From assembly GCA_963725665.1 (NCBI GenBank), contig CAVRZA010000002.1, positions 224,001 through 288,000 of the forward strand: DNA of 64,000 nt, given 5' to 3'. Shown in pieces: positions 1-9,797 of this stretch. Numbering within the stretch: the stretch's first letter is position 1; every line of letters begins with the position of its first letter. A model generated the notes under the pieces. It searched no databases. It was not told the origin of the DNA and saw only the letters and a list, made by a program, of their open reading frames with translations. The stretch comes from an uncultured Actinomycetes bacterium. GTDB lineage: Bacteria > Actinomycetota > Thermoleophilia > UBA2241. Made by a program: the position numbers and the translations under genes.

Positions 1-479
1 CGTGGCGCGCGAAGTCGGCCGCCCGCCGCAAGGCCGCCTCGCCCGGCTCTCCTTCGGCGCACGCCGACATCTCCGCGAACTGCACGAGCATCGGCACGCC
101 AGACTCCGACATGTACTGCCTGACCGGCTCCGCGAGCTGCCCCTGGCAGTGGAAGAACCCGACGAGGTCGGCGGCTGACGGCGGCTTCCTTGCAGGCCTC
201 GAGCCACGGCTGAACCAGCTCGAGATCAGTGGGAGCGGCGTGAGTCACGAACAGGGCCACCTGCCGGCCGGCGCACCTCTCCTCGATGAACTGCCGCACA
301 GCGTCGGGCGGCCCGAACTTGACGATCGGCATGCCGATGAAGACGAGGCTGCAGTCTTCGAGGGAGGGCGAATCGTCAAGGGCTGAGAGGATGACCTGAT
401 CACCGATCGCCTGAGCGATGGCGCCGCCGACTTTCGCCGTGTTGCCGGTCTCTGAGTAGTAGACGACTGCGATCCCCAT
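1..479 (-). CDS. flavodoxin-like protein (frameshifted, runs off window edge)
   Basis: Manual translation from ATG at 479 gives MGIAVVYYSETGNTAKVGGAIA...LVFIGMP, with the flavodoxin S-x-TGNT FMN loop. RBS-like GGAAGGGAG upstream. Frame break near 175. Confidence 0.75.
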   Translation of the reverse strand, partial: MGIAVVYYSETGNTAKVGGAIAQAIGDQVILSALDDSPSLEDCSLVFIGMPIVKFGPPDAVRQFIEERCAGRQVALFVTHAAPTDLELVQPWLEACKEAAVSRRPRRVLPLPGAARGAGQAVHVGVWRADARAVRGDVGVRRRRAGRGGLAAGGRLRAP

Positions 480-538
480 GATGACTCCCTTCCGCTCGCC
501 TCCCAGGCGAGCTCGTTTCTTGCTTGCGTTGGCTCCGG

Positions 539-575
539 GGGGCGGGGTGCGGGCGGAACGCCCGCACCCCGCCCC
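539..575 (-). terminator. GC-rich hairpin after MFS gene
   Basis: GGGGCGGGGTGCGGGCG-GAA-CGCCCGCACCCCGCCCC inverted repeat between MFS stop and flavodoxin start. Confidence 0.55.
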
Positions 576-605
576 ACGTGCTGAGCAGCGGTCGGCCTGA
601 TGCGC

Positions 606-2081
606 TCAGCCGATCATCCTCTCGTCGTCGCTCCTCACCGGGACGAGCGCCGGCTCGCCGAAGCGGGCCTCGAGCTCGTCACCGGTCGGCAGGTACGAGA
701 CCGAGTCGGGCACGACGTCCTGGCGCGGCGGGATGGCGATCGCCGCGAAGGTCGCGAGTCCGACCGCCGCGGCACCGACCCAGAGGGCGGCGATGAGACC
801 GTTGACGAACGATGCCGGCGTCAGGTAGCCGCCGACGGCGGAGAAGACGCTCGCCAGCACGGCCACGCCGAAGACGCCGCCGACCTCGCGCACGGTGTTG
901 TTGACGCCCGAGGCCTTGCCTTCCTCCTCCCGGCGCACGGCCGAGAGCACCAGGTTGGCGACCGGGGCGAAGTAGAGCGACATGCCCACGCCCGCCATCA
1001 CGAAGGCCGGCACCAGGTCGCCGTAGGCCACGGTCACCGAGCTCACGACGGCCAGCCAGGCCAGCGCGCCGCTCATGAGCACCATGCCGGCGATCAGCAG
1101 CGGACGGCTGCCGATACGATCGGAGAGGATGCCGGCGATCGGCGCCACCAGGATCGGCATCGCCGTCCAGGGCAGCGTGCGCAGGCCCGCCTGCAGGGGC
1201 GAGTAGCCCTGCACGATCTGGAAGAACTGCGCCAGCAGGAAGATCGAGCCGAACATGCCGAAGCTCATGAAGAGCGACGTCAGGTTGGCGGCCGAGAAGG
1301 CGCGCCGGCGGAAGAAGCGCATGGGCACCATGGGCGCCCGCGAGCGCAGCTCCCAGGCGACGAAGGCGACGACCAGCGCGGCGCCGGCGATCATGGGCAC
1401 GAGCACGCCGGCGCTCGTCCAGCCGTGGGCGTTGCCGCGCACGAGCCCCCACACGAGGCCGAACAGGCCGGTGCTGATCAGGGCCAGCCCGGGCAGGTCG
1501 AGCGAGCGGTTGGGTCCGCGCGTCTCGCTCAGGCGGAAGAACGCGACCGGCAGTAGCGCGATGCCGATGGGCACGTTGAGCCAGAAGATCCACTGCCAGG
1601 AGAAGCCGTCGACGACGGCGCCGCCGATGACTGGACCGAGCGCCACGGCCAGACCGGCGGTGCCGCTCCAGATGCCGAGGGCAAGCCCTCGGCGGGCCGG
1701 CGGCACCGCCGCCGACAGGATGGTCAGCGTCAGCGGCGTGACGATGGCGCCGCCCACGCCCTGCAGGGCGCGCGCCGCGATGAGCGCCTCGATGCTGGGC
1801 GCCAGGGCGGCGAAGGCCGAGCCGGCGGTGAAGATCGTGAGTCCCACGAGGAACATGCGCTTGCGACCGAAGCGGTCGCCCAGCGCGGCGCCGGTCAGCA
1901 GCAGCACGGCGAAGGTGAGGGTGTAGGCGTTGACGGTCCACTCGAGACCGGAGAGCGACGCCCCGAGGTCGCGCTTGATCACCGGCAGCGCGGTGGTCAC
2001 GACGAGGTTGTCGAGCGACACCATGAAGATGGCGACCCCGGTGACGATGAAGGTCCAGATGGTCATGGCCCTCTTGCTCAT
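606..2081 (-). CDS. DHA2 (EmrB/QacA) family MFS efflux transporter
   Basis: Motifs LDNLVVTTALP, WTVNAYTL, GALGDRFGRKR, GPVIGG and WQWIFWLNVPIG; multiple TM segments. Confidence 0.93.
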   Translation of the reverse strand: MSKRAMTIWTFIVTGVAIFMVSLDNLVVTTALPVIKRDLGASLSGLEWTVNAYTLTFAVLLLTGAALGDRFGRKRMFLVGLTIFTAGSAFAALAPSIEALIAARALQGVGGAIVTPLTLTILSAAVPPARRGLALGIWSGTAGLAVALGPVIGGAVVDGFSWQWIFWLNVPIGIALLPVAFFRLSETRGPNRSLDLPGLALISTGLFGLVWGLVRGNAHGWTSAGVLVPMIAGAALVVAFVAWELRSRAPMVPMRFFRRRAFSAANLTSLFMSFGMFGSIFLLAQFFQIVQGYSPLQAGLRTLPWTAMPILVAPIAGILSDRIGSRPLLIAGMVLMSGALAWLAVVSSVTVAYGDLVPAFVMAGVGMSLYFAPVANLVLSAVRREEEGKASGVNNTVREVGGVFGVAVLASVFSAVGGYLTPASFVNGLIAALWVGAAAVGLATFAAIAIPPRQDVVPDSVSYLPTGDELEARFGEPALVPVRSDDERMIG

Positions 2082-2106
2082 GCTTGTTCATCTCCTCTCT
2101 TCTAAC

Positions 2107-2120
2107 TTAGTAGTCACTTA
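2107..2120. promoter_or_regulatory. putative TetR operator (copy before MFS gene)
   Basis: TTAGTAGTCACTTA, near-identical to TTAGCAGTCACTAA in the tetR promoter. Confidence 0.55.
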
Positions 2121-2171
2121 CTTTGCAGGACAAAAAAGGGGAAGCTGAAGGCCGGCCGCTGCCGGCTCGCG

Positions 2172-2738
2172 CTACTTATGCGCCTCCAAGATCTCGCCGC
2201 CGATGCACATCCTGGCCCAGTCCTCATCAACGTTGCTCAGGTCCATGGCGGCGGCCACGTTCATGAGCATGCCCTGCGCGAGCCACTCCCTGACGTCGTA
2301 GTCGGCGGCGCCCGAGGCGCCTTGCACGAAGCGCACCAGGCGCAGGAACTCCTCGCGCACCGCCTCGCGCACGTCCTCGTCGCCGCAGGCGGCGTAGGCC
2401 TGCATCTGCATGAGCAGGAGATTTCTGTCTGCGAGCAGACGGTGGTAGGCCAAGCCCATGGCGATCAGGACGGTCTTCATGTCGGCGTCCTCGCCGGCCT
2501 CGGCCGCCGCGGTGCGGAAGGTGGCCACGGTGCGCTCGAAGGCCCGCCGGACGGCGGCGATGAAGAGGTCCTTCTTGGTGCCGAAGAGCTGGAACAGGTA
2601 GGGCTGCGAGACGCCGACCCTCTTTGCGATCGCCTCGACGGGCGTGCCGTAGAGTCCGCCTACGGCGAACTCACGGGTCGCCGCCTCGACGATCTCGCGC
2701 CGGCGCTCTTCCTTGCTCAGTCTCGTCGTTGCCTTCAT
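2172..2738 (-). CDS. TetR/AcrR family transcriptional regulator
   Basis: HTH region IVEAATREFAVGGLYGTPVEAIAKRVGVSQPYLFQLFGTKKDL. Start placed at ATG 2738, 7 nt after a TACAAT -10 (likely leaderless). Confidence 0.92.
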   Translation of the reverse strand: MKATTRLSKEERRREIVEAATREFAVGGLYGTPVEAIAKRVGVSQPYLFQLFGTKKDLFIAAVRRAFERTVATFRTAAAEAGEDADMKTVLIAMGLAYHRLLADRNLLLMQMQAYAACGDEDVREAVREEFLRLVRFVQGASGAADYDVREWLAQGMLMNVAAAMDLSNVDEDWARMCIGGEILEAHK

Positions 2739-2745
2739 GGCAGGC

Positions 2746-2775
2746 ATTGTACCCTAGTTAGCAGTCACTAAACAA
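2746..2775 (-). promoter_or_regulatory. tetR promoter with palindromic operator
   Basis: Minus strand TTGTTT-N18-TACAAT; imperfect palindrome TTAG-CAGTCA-CTAA at 2758-2771 lies within it. Confidence 0.55.
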
Positions 2776-3036
2776 GTGTTTGCGTCAAGGGGGTGCGCCA
2801 AGTGCTTGATCGGTCGCCCCACCGACGGGCGGGACTGGCGTCTGTCAAGGCGATGACCGGATGTCCCGCGCCTGCGGACTGGTCCCGCGGATGTGACCGT
2901 GAACCCTTCGTACACAGACTGTCCATGACACCCACGCAACCTGGTGCTAGGGTCCTCTGCATAAACAGGCGGTCGATGCCGAACACCATCCGCAGCCTGT
3001 CGAATCCTTGTTCGGCATACAGAGGAGGAGTAGGCC

Positions 3037-3245
3037 GTGGCCACCCAGTATGAGTACAAGTCTGTTTCCGGGAAATCAAAGGTGGGTGGCTGACCGGGAG
3101 ACTGAAGCCTGAGTATCGCGAGACAATCACACGGCATGCGCAGGACGGCTGGAGGTTTGTCCAGGCGTTCGCTCCCCCTGTTGGTGGCGTCGGTGAGGCA
3201 GACTACGTTGACCTGATCTTCGAGGGCCCATACGAGGAGTACTGA
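3037..3245 (+). CDS. DUF4177-like small protein (one frameshift); gene cassette 1
   Basis: GAGGAG RBS, then GTG: MATQYEYKSV / (shift) EIKGGWLTGRLKPEYRETITRHAQDGWRFVQAFAPPVGGVGEADYVDLIFEGPYEEY*. YEYK...GWRFV...LIFE is the DUF4177 pattern. Confidence 0.7.
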
Positions 3246-3246
3246 T

Positions 3247-3312
3247 GCCGAACAGGCAGATTGAACTGGCACACGGCTTCGCCGTGCGCAGCTCATCTGC
3301 TCAGCGTTGGGC
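3247..3312 (+). mobile_element. integron attC recombination site (66 bp)
   Basis: Begins GCCGAAC (R'') just after a stop codon and ends GTTGGGC (R', GTTRRRY) just before the next ATG. Internal imperfect palindrome GCAGATTGAACTGGCACACGGC-TTC-GCCGTGCGCAGCTCATCTGC with unpaired bases. Confidence 0.75.
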
Positions 3313-3317
3313 GTACT

Positions 3318-4166
3318 ATGACTGAGTCGACGAACATGCCGGCGGACAAGAGTCTCTTCTTCTACGGGTCGGTCTATCACCGGCTGCTGGACCCGCCGCT
3401 CGCCGAAGCGCGACGCGTTGCTGTCGACCTCGTCGCGGACGGCAGTTCAGTGCTGGATCTCGGCTGCGGCACTGGAGAGCTGTGCTTCGATCTGCTGGAG
3501 AAAAAGCACTGCCGTGTCGTGGGCGTGGATTTGTCGTTGCGGATGCTGGACTTCGCCCGTAAGGCCACCAGGTCCGCAGAGATCGCCTTCCTGCACTTGG
3601 ATGCGACGGACCTTGTGGGGATCGAAGACCATGCGTTCGATGTCGCTACGATTCTTCTTCTGGTTCACGAGCTGCCGATTGAAGAACGCGTGCGAGTCCT
3701 CGGCGAAGCACTTCGTGTGGCCAGAGCAGTCCTGATCATCGATGCAGCGGCCCCGCTGCCTTGGAACGGCGGCGGCATTGGGATTCGGACTGTTGAGTAT
3801 TCGTTCGGCCACGCGCACTATCACCATTTCAGGGACTTCCTTGCGCGAGGGGGCATTGACGGCCTCCTCGCCGAGTACGGTTGCGCCGGGGCGGTGGTGC
3901 GGCGTGAGCTGTTCTGGCGCAACTGCCGGGAGGCCGTGGTCGTTGCAGAGCGGAGGCATGATGACCTGCGCGCCGCCCAACAAGGGTCTCAACCGGACGC
4001 GCCCAAGCGCTCCGAAAGGCTGAAGCCGCAGCCCGCGCAGGGTATCCGCCCGGCGCTGGGTGCAGCTTGCGTCGGATCCTCCTCGGGGGAGTCCGCGTCT
4101 ATTCGATCTCCGCGTGCGAGCTGTCGCAGAACGGGGGATTGCCGGTCAGGCCGCAGTTGCAGATAG
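3318..4166 (+). CDS. class I SAM-dependent methyltransferase; gene cassette 2
   Basis: VLDLGCGTG motif I, VVGVDLS, FLHLDA. The C-terminal ~65 codons read through a degenerate attC and are probably not domain sequence. Confidence 0.85.
   Translation: MTESTNMPADKSLFFYGSVYHRLLDPPLAEARRVAVDLVADGSSVLDLGCGTGELCFDLLEKKHCRVVGVDLSLRMLDFARKATRSAEIAFLHLDATDLVGIEDHAFDVATILLLVHELPIEERVRVLGEALRVARAVLIIDAAAPLPWNGGGIGIRTVEYSFGHAHYHHFRDFLARGGIDGLLAEYGCAGAVVRRELFWRNCREAVVVAERRHDDLRAAQQGSQPDAPKRSERLKPQPAQGIRPALGAACVGSSSGESASIRSPRASCRRTGDCRSGRSCR
3975..4061 (+). mobile_element. degenerate attC site
   Basis: Starts GCCCAAC (exact complement of the GTTGGGC opening this cassette), followed by AAGGGTCTCAACCGGACGCG; ends CGCGCAGGGTAT...GCTGGGT (mutated R'). 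Confidence 0.5.
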
Positions 4167-4343
4167 CTTGTGCGATGGGCTCCTCGATCTTGAACTTGAC
4201 GGGGATGACCCCCGTCCCCGTGTGCGGCCGTCGCAATACGGGACTGTCCGCGTCCTGCCGCAACGGCACCATAAGTAGGTCCTTTTGCCGAGCTCGGTGA
4301 CCAGCGGGTGGCTTGTTGCCTCATCGTTCTCGAACCGCGTCAT
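4099..4343 (-). CDS. CDGSH iron-sulfur domain protein (frameshifted)
   Basis: LWCRCGRTRTVPYCDG, then after a frame change ICNCGLTGNPPFCDSSH: two CDGSH-type motifs. Confidence 0.8.
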
Positions 4344-4463
4344 GGCGGGCTCCTTCCTCCAGGGCTAGGCGGTCAATCATACGGGTGCGTTGTACAACAC
4401 GCACGCCTAAGCACCGCATCGAGCGGACGCCGTCGGCTACACTTGTCCCACCAGGATGAAGGC

Positions 4464-4965
4464 GTGGATACCCAGATCGTCGTCACCGTAGTAGCCGGGC
4501 TCCTGCTGGCCGTCGCTGCGATCGGGACGGTCTACCCGGTGCTACCAGGCAGCCTCCTGGCCATCATCACGCTGATCGCCTGGGCCTGGATCATCGGTTC
4601 ACCCGAGGCGTGGACCGTCGCCGTGATCGGCTCGGTCATCGCCGGGATGGGCTGGTCGGCGAGCGCGGTGCTCACCGGTCGCAAGCTGAGACAACAGCAG
4701 GTCCCCAAGCGCTCCATCGCCGTGGCCGTGGTGTCGGCCGTGGTGGGCATGTTCCTGATCCCGGTGGTCGGTCTGTTCGTCGGCTTCGGCGCCGGGCTGC
4801 TGGCGAGCGAATACGCCCGGCGCCGGGACTTCCGTGCGGCTCTCGATTCAAGTGTGGAGACGTTGAAGGCGACCGGCCTCGGCATCCTGGTGGAGTTCGG
4901 CCTGGTGTGCCTGGCCGCCTCGGTGTGGATGATCGGCGTGATCGTCTCACTTCACGACCCGGTAG
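4464..4965 (+). CDS. DUF456 family membrane protein
   Basis: GTVYPVLPGSLL...VGMFLIPVVGLFVGF pattern; hydrophobic. 3' end uncertain (frameshift near stop). Confidence 0.75.
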
Positions 4966-7417
4966 GCTTGCGCGGCGACCGCCGGGCCGTGGGCTTGTCC
5001 TCCAGCGTCTTGCTCTTCTCGGCCAGCTCGGCCAGCCGGTCGGCGACCATGCGGTTCACCGTGCCCGTCGGGGTAGCGGCCGTCGCCGCCGGGCTCGCCC
5101 GCGGGCAGGCCGGTCAGCACCTCGATCCCCTCGTCGATCGTGGTGATGGGGTAGACGGCGAACTGCCCGGCGGCGACGGCCTCCACCACATCCTGGCGCA
5201 GCATGAGGTGCTTGACGTTGGCCTCGGGGATCAGCACGCCCTGGTCGCCGGTCAGTCCGCGCGCCTTGCACAGGTCGAAGAAGCCCTCGATCTTCTCGTT
5301 GACGCCGCCGATGGCCTGCACCTCGCCGGACTGATTGACCGAACCGGTCACCGCGAACGACTGCGTGATGGGCACGCGCGCGATCGCCGAGAGCAGCGCG
5401 TAGAGCTCGGCGGACGAGGCGCTGTCCCCGTCGACCCCGCCGTAGGACTGCTCGAAGACCAGGCTCGCCCCGAGCGACAGCGGATGCTCCTGGGCGTAGC
5501 GGCCGCGCAGGAAGCCGGACAGGATCAGCACGCCCTTGGAGTGGATCGGCCCGCTCAGCTCCACCTCGCGCTCGATGTCGACCACCTCGTCCTTGCCCAT
5601 GTGGACGGTGGCGCTGATGCGGCTGGCCTGGCCGAAGCTGAAGGTGCCCAGAGAGAGCACCGACAGCCCGTTGATCTGGCCGACCTTGGTCCCCTCGGTG
5701 TCGATGAGTACCGTCTTGCGCAGCACTTCTTCCCGCATGCGCGCGGGCAGGCGGTCCGAACGGTAGATCTGGGCGTCGATCGCCTGCTGCACGTGGGCGA
5801 CGCTGACCAGCTTCGGCGCTTCTCGCGCCGCGCGCGAGTGGTCGGCCTCCTCGAGCAGGTCCACGATGGCCCGCATCTGGGCCGTGACGCGCTCCGAGTC
5901 GCCGACCAGGCGCGACGCGTGCTCGACGACCCGGCAGACGGCGCCGCGGTCGAGCGGCAGCAGCCCCTCGCGCTCGGACGATGGCCGCGATCAGCCGCGC
6001 GTACTGTCGGGTGGTCTCCTCGTCGCGCACGAAGTCGTCGTCGAAGTCGGCCGCGATCTTGAACAGCTCGTTGAAGTCGGGGTCGCTCCTGGGCCAGCAG
6101 GTAGTAGAGCTGGCGGTCGCCCATGAGGATCACCTTGATGTCCAGCGGGATCGGCTCGGGCTCGAGCGAGACGGTGCTGGTGACGCTGAGCATCTGCCCC
6201 GGCGACTCGATGCGGATCTGCTGGAAGCGGAGGGCGCGCTTCAGTCCTTCCCAGGCGTAGGGATTGGAGAGCACCTTGAGCGCGTCCAGGATCAGATAGC
6301 CGCCGTTGGCGCGATGCAGCACACCGGGCTTGATCAGCGTGAAGTCGGTGACCAGCGCGCCCATCATGGAGCATCTGCTCCACGCGGCCCACCAGGTTGA
6401 GATAGGACGGGTTGCTCTCGTAGATGACCGGCGCTCCGGCGGCACCGCTGGAATCGATCAGCACGTTGACCCGATAGCGGCGCAGCGCGGGCGGCTTGCC
6501 CGAGGCGTCGGGGATGGGCAGGTTTGCCGCCGCGCCTTCCTCGGGCTTCTCCTCGCCGGTCTCCAGGAAGTCGCTCAAGTGGTCGCCGACGCTCCTCTGC
6601 ACTGCCGCGAGGTAGGCCGCACACGTCGGGCAGGTCCTTGTACTTGACCAGCAGGTCGTCGACCAGGTCGTTGACCACCACGGCGGTGACCTCGTTGTTC
6701 AGGTCGCGCAGGCGGCTGCCGAACTCACGCTTCCAGCGCGGCACCTGCAGCAGCACCTTCTGCAGCTCCCCCTGCAGCGACTCGATCTCGTCCTCGAGGC
6801 GCTTCTGCTCGTCAGCGGGCAGCTTCTGGAACTCCTCGGGGGAGACGACCTCGCCGTCCTTCATCGGGGCGAACGCGAAGCCGGTCGGCGCCTGCAGCAG
6901 GGCCAGGCCGCGCCCGCTGCGCCTGCTTCTGCAGCTCGGCGAGGCTCTCTTTCTGGCGCTCCTCGAATTCCTCCTCCAGGGTGCGACGGCGCGTCGTGTA
7001 CTCGTCACTCTCGAAGGCGGACGAGAGGCCGGTGCGCAGCTCTTCCACCAGGCGTTCCATGTCGCGTTTCAGTTGCTTGCCCATGCCGGTCGGCAAGCGC
7101 AGGGCGCGCGGTGTGGAGGGCTGTTCGAAGTCGTTGACATAGCACCAGTCGTCCGGGGACGGTTCGTCCGCGGCGCGCTGCTCCACGAAGCGCTGGATGA
7201 CGGTGTACTTGCCCGTGCCGCTGGGTCCGAGCGCGAAGATGTTGTAGCCCTGGCGGTCGATGGTGACACCGAGCTCGATGGCGGCGATGGGGCGGTCCTG
7301 GCCGATGAACTCGATGTCGGTCTTCAGGTCGGCGGTCGTGGCGAAGTCGAGATGGTCCAGAGTGCAGTGTCTGTAGAGGGCTTCGGGCGGCAAGGGTCGT
7401 ACGGAGGCCACGGTCAT
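4947..7417 (-). CDS. Lon-like ATP-dependent protease (AAA + S16 domain), multiply frameshifted
   Basis: Fragments [66 protein letters not shown] and [12 protein letters not shown] lie in several frames. Confidence 0.88.
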
Positions 7418-7620
7418 GTCCTTTCCCTGGGTGCCGCCGGGCGGGCGACTGCCGCGGGGCGGGTGAGTGTCGGCGACGTGGTCATTCTACTCACCGGTCC
7501 GCTCCCCCGCGTGCATCGTGGTTCATCGCGGCGCCGACCGGCAATGATGCCAGGCGTACCCGGACGGCGGCGTCGGCGCTTGGGGGGACCTGAGCGCCTA
7601 GAGAAGGAGTCGATGACAAG

Positions 7621-8103
7621 ATGCCAAGGATCACCCCGTTCCTCTGGTTCGACACCCAAGCCGAGGAGGCAGCCCAGTTCTACGTGTCGCTCTTCAAGAA
7701 CTCACGGATAACCGAGGTCGTCCGCTACGGAGACGCCGGCCCCGGCCCCAAAGGTAGCGTTCTGACCGTGCGCTTCGAGCTCGACGGGCAGGAGTTCATA
7801 GGACTGAACGGTGGGCCGAGGTTCACGTTCACCGAGGCCGTGTCGTTCTCCGTGGACTGCACGACGCAAGAAGAGGTCGACGACTTCTGGGAGAAGCTCT
7901 CGGACGGTGGGGAGCCGGGACCGTGCGGCTGGCTGAAGGACAAGTACGGTCTATCGTGGCAGGTGGTTCCGAGTGTCTTGCCGCGGATGCTGAACGATCC
8001 CGATCCTGAGAAAGCGGACCGGGTCATGCGCGCGATGCTGCAGATGAAGAAGATCGACATCGCTGGGTTGCAGAAGGCATACGACGAACCGCAGGCCGCC
8101 TAA
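7621..8103 (+). CDS. PhnB-like VOC family protein
   Basis: ITPFLWFDTQAEEAAQFY...LNGGP...CGWLKDKYGLSWQVVP. Confidence 0.9.
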   Translation: MPRITPFLWFDTQAEEAAQFYVSLFKNSRITEVVRYGDAGPGPKGSVLTVRFELDGQEFIGLNGGPRFTFTEAVSFSVDCTTQEEVDDFWEKLSDGGEPGPCGWLKDKYGLSWQVVPSVLPRMLNDPDPEKADRVMRAMLQMKKIDIAGLQKAYDEPQAA

Positions 8104-8255
8104 CGTCCCAGGTGACCACGCGGCTGGTGACTTGACGCGGCAGGTGACCACGCAGCTAAGGCCACAGCGTGCGTGGCTCGTGGCGCACGGTATGGACCGC
8201 CCCCTCGCCGGGAACGTTCCCGCCGACAATCCCTACGAAGGCGAGGGTGCAAGCC

Positions 8256-8675
8256 ATGTCGAACGCCACCGCAGTCGGCTCGGGCACCAAAGAGGATCCC
8301 TGGGTGCTCAAGACGCCACCCGGCACCTCGGAGTACCTCATGTACCGTGACGAGTCGGCAGACCCGCCGGCGCTGGTCTGCATCGTAGGCAAGACGACGC
8401 TCGGCTATCGCCTGCGCGCGATCGAGGACCTGCACGCGTGGCTGAAGGAGCGCGGCGACTGGGTACCGCTCGGCGCCGCGGACGAACAGAAGCCTGCCGC
8501 CCCCGACACCGTGGAGGCGTGGGGTCGCTCCGAGGCCAACCCTGTAGGAGGCTGGTACGGACTCAAGAAGGGTCTGCGCGGACGCTTCGCGATGTACCTG
8601 CCGCCCTTGCTCGAGGCACTGGGGCTCGCCGAGCTCGAGCACAACCCCCGCAACAACCGTATGCGGGCGCTCTAG
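8256..8675 (+). CDS. conserved hypothetical protein (DUF6855-like)
   Basis: GTKEDPWVLKTPPGTSEYLMYRD...NPVGGWYGLKKGLRGRF...HNPRNNRMRA. Confidence 0.7.
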   Translation: MSNATAVGSGTKEDPWVLKTPPGTSEYLMYRDESADPPALVCIVGKTTLGYRLRAIEDLHAWLKERGDWVPLGAADEQKPAAPDTVEAWGRSEANPVGGWYGLKKGLRGRFAMYLPPLLEALGLAELEHNPRNNRMRAL

Positions 8676-8761
8676 TCACCGGCTGCAGAGCGTATCGGCG
8701 TTCTTCGCGGAGTCGGAGCGCGAGCTCCCGAACGGAGCGCGCAGGCTTACGGAGGTACCGC

Positions 8762-9586
8762 ATGAGTGGTCGAGCAGCACAGGATCCCATCGAGCGTCCG
8801 CTGGCTCTGGTCACGGGCGCCTCGTCCGGCATCGGTCAGGCCCTGGCCGAGCGCCTGGCGCGCGACGGTCATGATCTCATCGTCGTCGCGCGCCGCCGCG
8901 AGCGCCTGGAGGCGCTCGCCGAGCGGCTCGCCGCCGAGACCGGGGCGAGCGTCGAGGCGCACGTGGCCGACCTCACCCGGGACGACGACGTCGCTGCCGT
9001 CGAGCGGCGCATCGCCGGCGAGCCGCGCCTGTCGCTGCTTGTGAACAACGCCGGGTTCTCCGGCTACGGACCCTTCACCGAGGTCGATCCGGCGACGTTG
9101 CGGGAAGTGATCGCCATCCACGCCGTGACGCCGATGCGCCTGACCCGCGCGGCGCTGCCGGGCATGCTCGCGCGCGGGTCAGGCGCGATCGTCAATGTCG
9201 CCTCGCTGCTCTCGCTGAGCGGCCCCGTCCCTCTACGCATGGGAGGTCGGGCTACCTACGCGGGCGCCAAGTCGTTCCAGCTCGTCTTCACGCAGTCCCT
9301 GGCGCAGGAGCTCGATGGCTCGGGCGTGCGCGCCATGGTCTGCCTGCCCGGCATGGTTGAGAGCGAGTTTCACGGCATCACGACGGGTAACCGGCCGCCG
9401 GGCATGCCGCCGCTGATGAGCTCCGAGGATGTGGCTACGGCGATCGTCGCAGGACTCGCCCGCGGCGAGGTCGTCTGCGTGCCTGGGCTCGAGGACGACT
9501 CGGTGTTCGAGGAGCTCGCCGAGCTACAGCGGGCCGCGCTCGCCGGAGGGAACATGAGCGGACAGCTGGCGTCGCGGTACCGCTAG
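8762..9586 (+). CDS. short-chain dehydrogenase/reductase
   Basis: ALVTGASSGIG, LVNNAG, YAGAK catalytic motif. Confidence 0.92.
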   Translation: MSGRAAQDPIERPLALVTGASSGIGQALAERLARDGHDLIVVARRRERLEALAERLAAETGASVEAHVADLTRDDDVAAVERRIAGEPRLSLLVNNAGFSGYGPFTEVDPATLREVIAIHAVTPMRLTRAALPGMLARGSGAIVNVASLLSLSGPVPLRMGGRATYAGAKSFQLVFTQSLAQELDGSGVRAMVCLPGMVESEFHGITTGNRPPGMPPLMSSEDVATAIVAGLARGEVVCVPGLEDDSVFEELAELQRAALAGGNMSGQLASRYR

Positions 9587-9797
9587 AGCGGGGAACCAGC
9601 TACCTGGCGAGCTTCGACAGGGCCCCCTGCTCGGCAGCTCTTCGTACCTCGACCAAAGCTGCCTGACTCTGCGAAGACGGCGCAAGCTCAGGGTGCGCGC
9701 GCAGCCGAGGGGTTTGAGCGCCTTCTCGGGGGGTGAAACGCGTGAAGGCACCGAATCTGTTTGAGAAGCCCACCTCGTCAATCGAAGACCGACTGTC

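Noticed and set aside
4308-6062. 584-aa plus-strand ORF
   Set aside because: Only the DUF456 part is real; the rest is antisense to the Lon-like gene after a frameshift near the stop.
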